A stretch of DNA of 64,000 nucleotides, from NCBI GenBank assembly GCA_943350875.1, contig CALRAL010000002.1:68221-132220 (forward strand). Reading direction: 5' to 3'. The notes below the pieces were generated by a model that worked only from the letters and a program-made list of their open reading frames with translations, did not search any database and was not told the origin of the DNA. Source of the stretch: Candidatus Nomurabacteria bacterium. GTDB lineage: Bacteria > Patescibacteriota > Minisyncoccia > Phycocordibacterales > UBA9973. The position numbers and the translations under genes are program-made. This document shows, one piece after another, positions 51,846 through 63,068 of this stretch. The first letter of the stretch is position 1. Each line of letters begins with the position of its first letter.

Positions 51846-52238
51846 ATGGAATATAAAAAAGATTTTGATACTTGGAATAAAAAGAAAAAAGAAATTGACA
51901 GTAAAAATGTTTCTAATGATCATTTTGTTAATGAACGAGAAATTTGGTGGGGGTCGCTTGGTTTAAATATAGGGTTTGAACAAGATGGGAAGAATGATAA
52001 TTTTGAAAGGCCATTATTGGTCATAAAGAAGTTTAATAAGGAAATTGTTTGGGTAATTCCATTAACGACAGTCGCAAAAAACAATAAGTTTCATTATAAG
52101 TTGAAATCTAGTGGTTCTTTTGTCATACTTTCACAAATCAGATTGGTTAGTACAAAGAGGTTTATTAGGCGAGCTGAAAGAATAGCCGAATCAGAATTTG
52201 CAAAAATTATAAGTAAAATTAAGGAATTATTCCCATAA
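51846..52238 (+). CDS. MazF/PemK-family endoribonuclease-like toxin
   Basis: REIWWGSLGLNIGFEQDGKNDNFERPLLVI...VIPLTT parallels MazF GDLIWVDFDPTKGSEQAGHRPAVVLS...CVPCTT. Confidence 0.55.
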   Translation: MEYKKDFDTWNKKKKEIDSKNVSNDHFVNEREIWWGSLGLNIGFEQDGKNDNFERPLLVIKKFNKEIVWVIPLTTVAKNNKFHYKLKSSGSFVILSQIRLVSTKRFIRRAERIAESEFAKIISKIKELFP

Positions 52239-52337
52239 AAGCGAAACCCCGCTTTCGCGGGGAATCTCGGGGGACTAACGTCCATTTACAATAAGAAGTA
52301 TATATCCAATAAAAAATAATGTCAAGTAAATAATTTT

Positions 52338-54158
52338 ATGAAAATTTCTTACAATTGGTTAAAGTGGTATGTGCCAGAAGTTCCTGAGGTAGATAAACTT
52401 GCTGATGTTTTTACGTATCATCTTTGCGAAGTAGAATCTTTAACTCCCCTCCTTGGGGAGGAGGGGGCTGGAGATGGTGATTATATTTTCGATTTAAATA
52501 TTTTACCAAACAGAGCGCATGATTTACTTTCTCATCAAGGGATAGCTCGAGAGCTTGCTGGACAGCTTGGAATAAAATTCAATGATCCAACTCCTAAATA
52601 TAAAATTCCTGAGAGCAAACCTACTAATTTAAAAATAAATGTAGAATCTGCACGCAGGTATATGGGGCGTATTGTGCGAGATATAAAAGTGGGTCCTAGC
52701 CCAGAATGGGTAAAGATGCATTTAGAATCAATAGGGGCTAGGAGCATAAACAACATTGTAGATGCTACAAATATCACGATGTTTGATTGTGGTCAGCCTT
52801 GTCATGCTTTTGACTTGGATAAAATAAAAGGAAATATTTCTGTGCGCAATGCTACAGATGGAGAAAAGATAACGACGCTAGACAACAAGGATTTAGTTCT
52901 AAATGCTACAGATGTGGTCATCGCTGATGATGAAGGGGTGCTTGCTCTCGCAGGTGTAAAGGGTGGCAAAAAAGCAGAAGTGGATGCGAACACAAAGAAT
53001 ATCATGCTTGAAGTTGCAAACTTTTTTCCAATATCTACTCGAAAGACCGCGCGTAGGCTCGGTATATTTACAGATGCATTAAAAAGATTTGAAAATGATC
53101 TTTCACCGATGCTTTGTGATTTTGCAATGCTAGAGTTGTCTGCTTTATTGGTTGAATTTGGTTTTAATAATTTTGAAAATGTTGTAGATATTTATCCTAA
53201 AAAACTTCCAGAGAAGAAACTTTCTTTTTCAGTTGCAAAAGTATCTAAGATATTAGGTATTAATGTATCTATGGCAGAAGTGGAGGATATTTTGAAGAGG
53301 TATAGTTTTATATATAGAAACAATGGTGATCTGTTTGAAATAAATGTTCCTTCAATGCGTTTTGATTTAGAGATAGAAGAAGACATGGCAGAAGAAGTGA
53401 GTAGGATTTTAGGGTATGACAAAGTAGAGCCAAAAATGCCAAAAATAAGTTTCAAACCAAAGCAAAATGAAGTTTTTGCGAAGATTAGTTATACCAGAAA
53501 TAAACTTTTAAGCGAAGGATATTCTGAGGTAATGACCTATACTTTTTGCGATAAAGGGGAAGTGTCTGTTTTGGCCTCCGCTTCAGATAAGAAGTTCTTG
53601 CGTACAAATATTACTGATGGACTAAAAGAGAGTATAAAATTAAATCAATTAAATGCGCCATTTTTGGGAATAAAAGAGATAAAAGTTTTTGAGATTGGAA
53701 CAGTGTTTAAAAAAGGAGGTGAAGAAATGCATGTGGCATACGGAGATAAAAAAGAAGTAAAAGAAATGACACTGAATGAATTTACAAAATCGGCAGAGTC
53801 GTTTTTGAATGGTCTGGCTGGGGTAGGGGACCCAGGGAACCGAGGACCTGAAAAAATGACTCTGCCGATGACGTTCAAGATGTGGTCCCTATATCCATTC
53901 ATCGTGCGTGATATCGCTTTCTGGGCTGATGGGGAAATAAATATTGAAGAAATAAAAAATTTAATTAAAGAAAATGCAGGGGAATTAGTTGTAAAAGGTC
54001 CAGAACTTTTTGATACGTTCAGTAAAGATGGTAAAACTTCTTATGCTTTTCGAATTATCTTTCAATCTTTTGATCGCACTTTGACTGATGAAGAAGTAAA
54101 TACTTTTACTTCAAAAATCTCTCAAGTTTTAACTCAAAAAGGTTTTACACTTCGATAG
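52338..54158 (+). CDS. pheT: phenylalanine--tRNA ligase beta subunit (short form), with one palindromic insertion
   Basis: MKISYNWLKWYVPEV N-terminus; B3/4 and B5 regions; C-terminal FDxA anticodon-binding-like domain. Confidence 0.8.
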   Translation: MKISYNWLKWYVPEVPEVDKLADVFTYHLCEVESLTPLLGEEGAGDGDYIFDLNILPNRAHDLLSHQGIARELAGQLGIKFNDPTPKYKIPESKPTNLKINVESARRYMGRIVRDIKVGPSPEWVKMHLESIGARSINNIVDATNITMFDCGQPCHAFDLDKIKGNISVRNATDGEKITTLDNKDLVLNATDVVIADDEGVLALAGVKGGKKAEVDANTKNIMLEVANFFPISTRKTARRLGIFTDALKRFENDLSPMLCDFAMLELSALLVEFGFNNFENVVDIYPKKLPEKKLSFSVAKVSKILGINVSMAEVEDILKRYSFIYRNNGDLFEINVPSMRFDLEIEEDMAEEVSRILGYDKVEPKMPKISFKPKQNEVFAKISYTRNKLLSEGYSEVMTYTFCDKGEVSVLASASDKKFLRTNITDGLKESIKLNQLNAPFLGIKEIKVFEIGTVFKKGGEEMHVAYGDKKEVKEMTLNEFTKSAESFLNGLAGVGDPGNRGPEKMTLPMTFKMWSLYPFIVRDIAFWADGEINIEEIKNLIKENAGELVVKGPELFDTFSKDGKTSYAFRIIFQSFDRTLTDEEVNTFTSKISQVLTQKGFTLR

Positions 54159-54269
54159 TTGCTTTTTACTTAATTTATGTAATAATGATTTTTATCAGTT
54201 TAAACTGATATTAGTTCTTTTTTTAGTAATGATGTTCAGCCATCATACTGACATTACTAAAATAAACAA

Positions 54270-54545
54270 TTGAATAAAATTTATTTTTTTATGGTTGAAA
54301 CATTAAATAAAAATAATCTTATTATAGCCCCTAAGGGTTGTAATATAACAGGATTTAATTATTTTCCAAAAACAGGTATAATATTTTCTTATAATTGTAC
54401 TTGTGCAATTGGAGAACATCCAGATGAAAATGGTGCAATAGCTTTTGGTAAGGAAGTGAAGAAAGTTCTTATTCCACCTGAAACTTTTACACCTTATTTA
54501 TTATCAAGGCATAAAAGGCAATCGAGGCAACATTTACATTTTTAG
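54270..54545 (+). CDS. small hypothetical protein
   Basis: ORF followed by a strong 13-bp hairpin AAGCCATTTGATT/AATCAAATGGCTT at 54565-54595. Confidence 0.25.
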   Translation: MNKIYFFMVETLNKNNLIIAPKGCNITGFNYFPKTGIIFSYNCTCAIGEHPDENGAIAFGKEVKKVLIPPETFTPYLLSRHKRQSRQHLHF

Positions 54546-54619
54546 TTCGAATTTCTTATATAAGCCATTTGATTTTTAATCAAATGGCTTAGTTTATTTC
54601 TATCTAAAATTTTCACTAG

Positions 54620-56710
<2,091 letters not shown>

Positions 56711-56741
56711 TTTAACGGAATCATGCTGGGCATAAATTTTT

Positions 56742-57287
56742 ATGAAACCAAAACTTTTAATCGTCACAGGGAGCCCTTTCAAGTTTCAGGACTTGTCTTC
56801 TAGACTCAATGAGTTTTTTGAATGTGAGCAGAGGGATTTTAAAGAGCCTGAAATACAAGGTGACCCAGAAGAGATAATAAAACATAAATTAAAAACTGTT
56901 TATGATATTTTCAAACGGCCCGTTTTGGTGGATGATGTGTCTGTAAACATTGAGGCATTGAATGGTTTCCCTGGACCTTATATGAAAGATTTTTGGAAAT
57001 GTTTTACTCCGGAGGAAATGGGAAAGAAATTTGAAGGCTCTAGGATAAGCGCTACGTGCAGATTGGGACTTTGCAGAGGAGAGGATGATGTGGTAATAAC
57101 TGAAGGTACATTTTATGGTAAAATAATTGCTCCTAAAAATAATGACCATAAGGGCAGATTCTTTGAATTGTTTGTCCAATTAGATGATACAGATAGACCA
57201 ATGATAGAACTTTCTCCAGAAGAGCGGAACAAATTCTCGCATCGTGGGGGTGCTTTAGATAGTCTTGTTGAGATGTTAAAAAAATAG
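56742..57287 (+). CDS. Ham1/RdgB-family non-canonical purine NTP pyrophosphatase
   Basis: LLIVTGSPFKFQD, LNGFPGPYMKDF, and C-terminal ERNKFSHRG motifs. Confidence 0.6.
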   Translation: MKPKLLIVTGSPFKFQDLSSRLNEFFECEQRDFKEPEIQGDPEEIIKHKLKTVYDIFKRPVLVDDVSVNIEALNGFPGPYMKDFWKCFTPEEMGKKFEGSRISATCRLGLCRGEDDVVITEGTFYGKIIAPKNNDHKGRFFELFVQLDDTDRPMIELSPEERNKFSHRGGALDSLVEMLKK

Positions 57288-57298
57288 GATATATAGAA

Positions 57299-57724
57299 AT
57301 GAAAATAGTTTTTATTTGCCGAAGAAATAGATTTAGAAGCCAAATTGCTGAAGGTATTTTTAATCATCTTGCCAAAGATGGCTCATATGCTGTTTCTGGT
57401 GGTATGGATACTTTACCAGAAGAATACGGTGTGTTTTTTAGTGAATACAAAAATGAGAAAGTAAAAAATACTGTAGAAGCGATGAAAAGCCATGGGATTG
57501 ATATTTCTAAAAAGTATGCAAAGAAAATAATCCCTGAAATGCTAGCAGGTGTAGATAAAATTATTTTTTTGATTGATGACAAAGAAAAGATACCAGAATG
57601 GCTAAATAAATATTCATACGATCATTGGAAAATTGAAAATTTTCCCGGTGCTCCTACTTTAGAAAAATCCGAGGAAATCATACAGACATTAAAAGATAAA
57701 ATAAGAAGTATGCTGACTAATTAA
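57299..57724 (+). CDS. low-molecular-weight phosphotyrosine phosphatase / ArsC-like family protein
   Basis: IVFICRRNRFRSQIAEG C-X5-R P-loop. Confidence 0.55.
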   Translation: MKIVFICRRNRFRSQIAEGIFNHLAKDGSYAVSGGMDTLPEEYGVFFSEYKNEKVKNTVEAMKSHGIDISKKYAKKIIPEMLAGVDKIIFLIDDKEKIPEWLNKYSYDHWKIENFPGAPTLEKSEEIIQTLKDKIRSMLTN

Positions 57725-57799
57725 CAATTTATTACTTTTTCAGACAATTTTTTAGTATATCATATATGATAGTCTAAGGAACTTTGAGTTCTTAATGTA

Positions 57800-58198
57800 T
57801 TATTGATATAAAAATTTCCATCTACCTCTGCCAGCACGAGGAGGTAGTCCTGCTTTTAAAATTTTCTCTAAAATCATCCAGATATCTTTGTTCTCATTCC
57901 TAATTGCTTTTAAAAGAGAAGAATATTTACCGATATCATATTTGAGTAACATTCTAAAAATAGTTGCTGGACTCATACAAAGAGCTTCAGCAATATAGGA
58001 AGCTGGAATATCTTTTGACAGAAGATAAATAACGGCAAATCTTTTTGCTAGCATTATTTTCTCTGTATGTGTCAAAAAGTCATTTAAGAAGATCTTTACC
58101 CAAGACTTCTTGGCTGATTTTTCAAGAGCAAGATTAAACTCATTATAGAGTTTTTGCAGATATTTCTTTTTAAGTTTTTTTGATGATATGTGTGGCAT
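57800..58198 (-). CDS. TrpR/YerC-YecD-like small DNA-binding protein
   Basis: C-terminal HTH (ASYIAEALCMSPATIFRML); flanked by identical 21-nt palindromic motifs. Confidence 0.45.
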   Translation of the reverse strand: MPHISSKKLKKKYLQKLYNEFNLALEKSAKKSWVKIFLNDFLTHTEKIMLAKRFAVIYLLSKDIPASYIAEALCMSPATIFRMLLKYDIGKYSSLLKAIRNENKDIWMILEKILKAGLPPRAGRGRWKFLYQ

Positions 58199-58259
58199 GG
58201 TCTATTATTAGTATATCATATATGATAGATTAATAAAATGTTGATCATTTTTTTATCTT

Positions 58260-59252
58260 TTAGTGTTTAATTATCTCTAACTTTGTGCAATTATTTTTGA
58301 CACTTAATTTACATGTTCCACCAATAGGAAAAGTAATGAGGGGGTTTGTGTGGCCAAAATCTACATTTGCAATTATGGCGATATTTTTTAGCTTTTCTTT
58401 CGTGTTGATTATATATTTTAATTTCTCTATATTCATCTCTGCCTTTTTCTGGAATCTACCAATAACCAAACCCTTTACTTTTTCAAAGTTTGGTTGGTCT
58501 ATCAATGATTGTAGATTCCTTTCGAATTCTACATCAAAACCAGACCCAGGCATATCATCATCTTCAATAAATAATATTGAGTTTGAAATATCGGGCATGA
58601 ATTCTGTACCCTGAAGTAGATTTAATGTACACAAATTTCCTCCTAGAATAATTCCTTCAACTTCTCCCTCATTCAATATCCAAAAATCCTCATTTTGTAT
58701 AATATTCCTATTATTTTGGTCTAAATACCATGCATCGTCTGTCCAAGTTTTCGATGATAGTACTTCAAATTTGTTTTCTGAAATTAAACATTTTTTAAAA
58801 TATTCCAGATTGTAATCAAATTCTTTTTGCATGGCGAAAGTTGAGAAGTGAAGCCCGGAATAGGTGACCAGCCCTGTTTTAGCTGTGATTGCATTAGCGA
58901 GAGCTGTAATGTCTGAATATCCACACAAAATCTTAGGATTATTTTTAATTAAATCATAATCCAAATGTTTTAAAATCTGGTTTGAATTAAATCCCCCAAT
59001 AACTGTAAATATGGCTTTTACATTTTTGTCTCTAAATGCTTCATGTATATCTTCTACTCTTGATTGTATAGAGGAAGAATTGAACATATCTATTTCTCTA
59101 CAGTTTTTAGAAAATGTAATTTTAAAACCTTGTTTTTCAAAGTTTTCTTTTGCTAATTCTATAAATTCTTCTTTAAGTAAAGCTAAGCTTCTTGCAGGAG
59201 CGATTATTCTTATTTCATCTCCTACTTTTAATTTTTCTGGAATTATGGACAT
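58260..59252 (-). CDS. LD-carboxypeptidase (peptidase S66 family)
   Basis: N-terminal LKVGDEIRIIAPARSL and S66 Ser/His/Glu region pattern. Confidence 0.65.
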   Translation of the reverse strand: MSIIPEKLKVGDEIRIIAPARSLALLKEEFIELAKENFEKQGFKITFSKNCREIDMFNSSSIQSRVEDIHEAFRDKNVKAIFTVIGGFNSNQILKHLDYDLIKNNPKILCGYSDITALANAITAKTGLVTYSGLHFSTFAMQKEFDYNLEYFKKCLISENKFEVLSSKTWTDDAWYLDQNNRNIIQNEDFWILNEGEVEGIILGGNLCTLNLLQGTEFMPDISNSILFIEDDDMPGSGFDVEFERNLQSLIDQPNFEKVKGLVIGRFQKKAEMNIEKLKYIINTKEKLKNIAIIANVDFGHTNPLITFPIGGTCKLSVKNNCTKLEIIKH

Positions 59253-59264
59253 TAAAATTTATTT

Positions 59265-59304
59265 CCCGCCTGCAAAAGCTATGCTTTAGCATTGCGGGCA
59301 GGCT
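59265..59304 (-). repeat. CCTGCCCGCAATGCT...GCAGGCGGG mini-element forming the thrS C-terminus and stop
   Basis: Same ~40-nt element at 62317-62354 (end of nusB-nudix), 50572-50618 and 50785-50824 (inside pheS). The gene-end copies both encode KPARNAKA-stop. Confidence 0.7.
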
Positions 59305-61054
59305 TATTCTTAATCTCCTCTAAAAGTTTTGCGAGGAGTTCTTCACTTGTCATCTGGCCGAGCGGGCCAGAGTCACGGGATTCGAGAGTGGTTTTGTTTG
59401 CCTCTATTTCTTTATCACCGATAACTATCCAATAAGGTACTTTATTATTTTTAGCATCGCGGACTTTTGTACCTAGATTTGTATCAGTATCATCAAATTC
59501 TACACGGATATTATTCTCATTTAACAATTTGTAAATTTTTTTTGCATATTTATTATGATTCTCTCGTACAGGAATCATTTTTACTTGCACAGGTGAAAGC
59601 CAGAGAGGGAAGTTGCCGGCGGTGTGTTCTATAAGGATAGACAAAAATCTATCAATAGAACCCATAATAGCTGCATGGATCATTACGATTCTTTCTTTCT
59701 CTCCTTTTTCATTTACACAAGTAAGGTCAAAACGCTCGGGTTGATTCATATCTAGCTGAATAGTAGCTACTTGCCATTGCCTGCCTAGTGAATCTGTGGC
59801 CATAAAATCTAATTTTGGTCCGTAAAAAGCAGCTTCACCGACACCTTCGAAGAATTCAGTTTTGCGTTCTTGAGCTAATTCTCTTAAAGTAGCTTCAGCT
59901 TGTTTCCAGCTTTCTTTGTTGCCTAGATATTTTTCTGGGTGAACAGGGTCATGTAAGGACAATCGAAGTTTTAAATTAAATCCAAAAGATTTGTAAAATG
60001 GTTCAACCACCTTGTCCCAAATTGTACCCAATTCTTCTTTCACTTGTATCATTCTGCAAAATACATGTGCATCGTCCTGAGTAAAACTACGGACTCTGGA
60101 AAGCCCTGAAAGCTCACCTGTCTGTTCATCTCTATAACAAGTAGTAGAATTTGCATATCTTTGAGGAAGTTCTTTGTAGCTCCATTGTTTGCGATCAAAT
60201 ATCTGTATATGATGAGGGCAGTTCATCGGCTTCATGGCGAACTCATGCCCTTCACGTGTAGTGATTCTAAATAATTCAGTTTTAAATTTATCCCAATGTC
60301 CACTTTTCTCGTATAATTCTTTTTTGGTGATATGAGGAATTTCTACTTTCATATAGCCATATGCTTTACGTAATTCCCATACGAAATCATCTAGAAGATT
60401 TCTCAAAACAGTTCCTTTAGGGGTCCAGAGGGGTAGTCCGCTTCCTACTAATTCAGAAAATACAAAAAGATCCAATTCTTTTCCAAGTTTCTTATGATCT
60501 CTCTTTTCTGCTTTTTCGCGCTGTTTTAGATAAGCTTCAAGTTCTGTCTTTGTATTAAATGCGAGTCCGTAGATACGGGTGAGCATTTTATTCTTTTCAT
60601 CTCCACGCCAATACGCTCCTGCTACACGGTCGAGCTTGAAAGATTCTGGATCAATATCTTTGCTTGGATATTCTAAATGTCCTCCACGACACAGGTCAGT
60701 GAACCCTCCGCAAGTATATGTAGTGATCTTTTCTCCACGTTCTACTATTTCATTTATGAGTTCTGTTTTATACTCGTTATTTTTGAAAAATGCCAATGCT
60801 TCGTCTTTTGATATTTCTTTGTGTTCCCATTCTGTCCATTTTGGTAATTTCTTCTTCATTGTGTCTTCTATCTTTTTCAAGTCGCTGTCAGCTACTTTTT
60901 CTCCACAGAAATCAATATCGTAATAGAAACCGTTGTCTATGGCAGGCCCAAGGGTGAGCTTTACTTTGTCGAATTTGTAAATGTTGCCTACAGCCGATGC
61001 CAGCAGGTGAGCAAGGGTGTGCCTTAATTTAGCTATTTTTTCATCTTTTTCCAT
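59279..61054 (-). CDS. thrS: threonine--tRNA ligase (no N-terminal TGS domain); last 8 codons plus stop supplied by a palindromic element
   Basis: Class II motifs (FRYE..., HRD..., GSIERF), zinc-binding CxxxH, anticodon-binding C-terminus. Confidence 0.85.
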   Translation of the reverse strand: MEKDEKIAKLRHTLAHLLASAVGNIYKFDKVKLTLGPAIDNGFYYDIDFCGEKVADSDLKKIEDTMKKKLPKWTEWEHKEISKDEALAFFKNNEYKTELINEIVERGEKITTYTCGGFTDLCRGGHLEYPSKDIDPESFKLDRVAGAYWRGDEKNKMLTRIYGLAFNTKTELEAYLKQREKAEKRDHKKLGKELDLFVFSELVGSGLPLWTPKGTVLRNLLDDFVWELRKAYGYMKVEIPHITKKELYEKSGHWDKFKTELFRITTREGHEFAMKPMNCPHHIQIFDRKQWSYKELPQRYANSTTCYRDEQTGELSGLSRVRSFTQDDAHVFCRMIQVKEELGTIWDKVVEPFYKSFGFNLKLRLSLHDPVHPEKYLGNKESWKQAEATLRELAQERKTEFFEGVGEAAFYGPKLDFMATDSLGRQWQVATIQLDMNQPERFDLTCVNEKGEKERIVMIHAAIMGSIDRFLSILIEHTAGNFPLWLSPVQVKMIPVRENHNKYAKKIYKLLNENNIRVEFDDTDTNLGTKVRDAKNNKVPYWIVIGDKEIEANKTTLESRDSGPLGQMTSEELLAKLLEEIKNKPARNAKA

Positions 61055-61163
61055 ATTCTTATACTACCATAATATTATTATTTTAAAACCCCCTGATAAG
61101 GGGGATTTAGGGGGTTGTGTTTTATTTTGCAATTTATATTTAATATGCTAATATAGACTCATT

Positions 61164-61394
61164 ATGGTAGTACGAATGAGAAGCACAAAATCGCATACAG
61201 GCAACAGGCGTTCACACCACGCTTTGAAAAGTGTGGGCTTTGTGAAGTGTGAAAATTGCAAGGTATTAAAGAAAGGACACACAGTCTGCTCTTCTTGCGG
61301 TTTTTATCGCGGAATGAAAGTATTAGATTTAGTTAAAAAGTTGGAAAAGAAACAAAAGAAAGCAAAGGCAAAGAAAGCAGAATCGGGTAAGTAA
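61164..61394 (+). CDS. rpmF: 50S ribosomal protein L32 with Lys-rich C-terminal extension
   Basis: RSTKSHTGNRRSHHAL...CENCKVLKKGHTVCSSCGFYRG zinc-ribbon. Confidence 0.75.
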   Translation: MVVRMRSTKSHTGNRRSHHALKSVGFVKCENCKVLKKGHTVCSSCGFYRGMKVLDLVKKLEKKQKKAKAKKAESGK

Positions 61395-61419
61395 AAGTTT
61401 TGCCTTCGCTCATTAATTT

Positions 61420-62340
61420 ATGGCAAATAGGCACCTTTCAAGATCAATAGTTCTCCAGACTCTTTTTGAGTTTGATTTTAATGGCTTTAAAGAAGTCGAT
61501 GTAAAAGAAAGGGTAAAACACAATATAGAAGAATTCGCCCCAGGGCTCGAAGATGATGTTTTTGTCTTTTCTCTCGTAAATGAAATATTAAAGAAGCACA
61601 AAGTTATTGATGAGATAATAGAAAAAGCTGCGCCCGAGTGGCCGATAAATAAAATATCTTTTGTGGATAGGAACATCTTGAGGATTGGTTTGACAGAGTT
61701 ACTCTTTGGTGACAGGACTCAAGTCCCTCCCAAGGTGGCTATCAATGAGGCAATAGAACTTGCCAAAACTTTCGGCGGAGAGAATTCTAGTAAATTCGTA
61801 AATGGAGTCCTCGGTGCTGTGTATAAAGAGATAGGTGAGCCAGGCAAAGAAGAAACTAGTAAGAAAAAGAAAAAAGAAAATGAACCTGTTGATCCAAAAA
61901 AGTTGGCAATGGAGAATTTTGTCGGAGCTCTAATATATGCGAGGAAGGGAACTGATTTATTTTTAGTGTTTGTGCATGATGTATTTGGATATTGGACTTT
62001 ATCAAAGGGGCATATAAATGAAGGAGAGAATGTAGAAGAAGCGACAATAAAAAGAATTAAAGAAGAAATTGGTTTGGATATAATAATAAAGGAAAATCTT
62101 GGGGACAAAGAATACGTGGCTTCGCATCCAGAAAAGGGAAAAATTCTAAAACATGTGACATATTTCCTTGCCGAAAGTGAATACAAAGATATTGTATTAG
62201 AGAAGTCTGGTGGGCTTGATAATGCAAGATGGTTTATGTTAAAAGAAATTCCAGAACTCCATATCTACAATGATATCATTCCACTTATTTCAAAAGCGAT
62301 AGAAATAATTAGTAAACCTGCCCGCAATGCTAAAGCATAG
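61420..62340 (+). CDS. nusB: NusB antitermination factor fused to C-terminal Nudix hydrolase domain
   Basis: NusB region ([14 protein letters not shown]...[12 protein letters not shown]...[10 protein letters not shown]), K-rich linker, Nudix box [23 protein letters not shown]. Confidence 0.7.
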   Translation: MANRHLSRSIVLQTLFEFDFNGFKEVDVKERVKHNIEEFAPGLEDDVFVFSLVNEILKKHKVIDEIIEKAAPEWPINKISFVDRNILRIGLTELLFGDRTQVPPKVAINEAIELAKTFGGENSSKFVNGVLGAVYKEIGEPGKEETSKKKKKENEPVDPKKLAMENFVGALIYARKGTDLFLVFVHDVFGYWTLSKGHINEGENVEEATIKRIKEEIGLDIIIKENLGDKEYVASHPEKGKILKHVTYFLAESEYKDIVLEKSGGLDNARWFMLKEIPELHIYNDIIPLISKAIEIISKPARNAKA

Positions 62341-62343
62341 CTT

Positions 62344-63060
62344 TTGCAAGCGAGAAATAATTTTATGGTAAATTTTTCAGATTTTGAGAAAAAAACAAAA
62401 ATAACTTTTAAGGATAAAAAACTGCTTACTCAGGCATTTATTCACCGTTCATATATAAATGAGAATCCTAGCACTGGACTCTCTCACAATGAACGTCTTG
62501 AATTCTTGGGGGATGCGGTACTAGAGCTTATTGTGACAGACTTTCTTTATAAAAAATATTCATCTTATGCAGAAGGGGAATTGACTGCTCTCCGATCAGC
62601 TCTCGTGAATGCTGTTATAATTTCTGAGATTGCTTCTCATATTGGGATGAATGATTTTCTACTTTTATCTAAGGGTGAAGCAAAAGATATGGGCAAAGCT
62701 AGGCAATACATTCTCGCCAATACTTACGAAGCATACGTCGGGGCTGTGTATTTAGATCAAGGATATGATGTAGTAGATAAATTTGTCATTAAAACTCTTT
62801 TACCAAAGACGGAGGAAATAGTAAACAAGAAACTCTGGCGAGATGCAAAAAGTTTAGTGCAAGAAAAAGCGCAAGAATTCGTAAATGTAACTCCTTCATA
62901 CAAAGTCACGCATGAGTCAGGCCCAGACCATGACAAACATTTTACTGTTGGTATTTATTTTGATAAAGCGCTCATTGCAGAAGGCAAAGGCAAATCAAAA
63001 CAAGAAGCTGAACAAAAAGCTGCCGAAAATGCATTAAAATTGAAGAATTGGCTCGACTAA
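62344..63060 (+). CDS. rnc: ribonuclease III
   Basis: ERLEFLGDAVLELIV catalytic signature plus C-terminal dsRBD. Confidence 0.9.
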   Translation: MQARNNFMVNFSDFEKKTKITFKDKKLLTQAFIHRSYINENPSTGLSHNERLEFLGDAVLELIVTDFLYKKYSSYAEGELTALRSALVNAVIISEIASHIGMNDFLLLSKGEAKDMGKARQYILANTYEAYVGAVYLDQGYDVVDKFVIKTLLPKTEEIVNKKLWRDAKSLVQEKAQEFVNVTPSYKVTHESGPDHDKHFTVGIYFDKALIAEGKGKSKQEAEQKAAENALKLKNWLD

Positions 63061-63068
63061 ATACTGAT

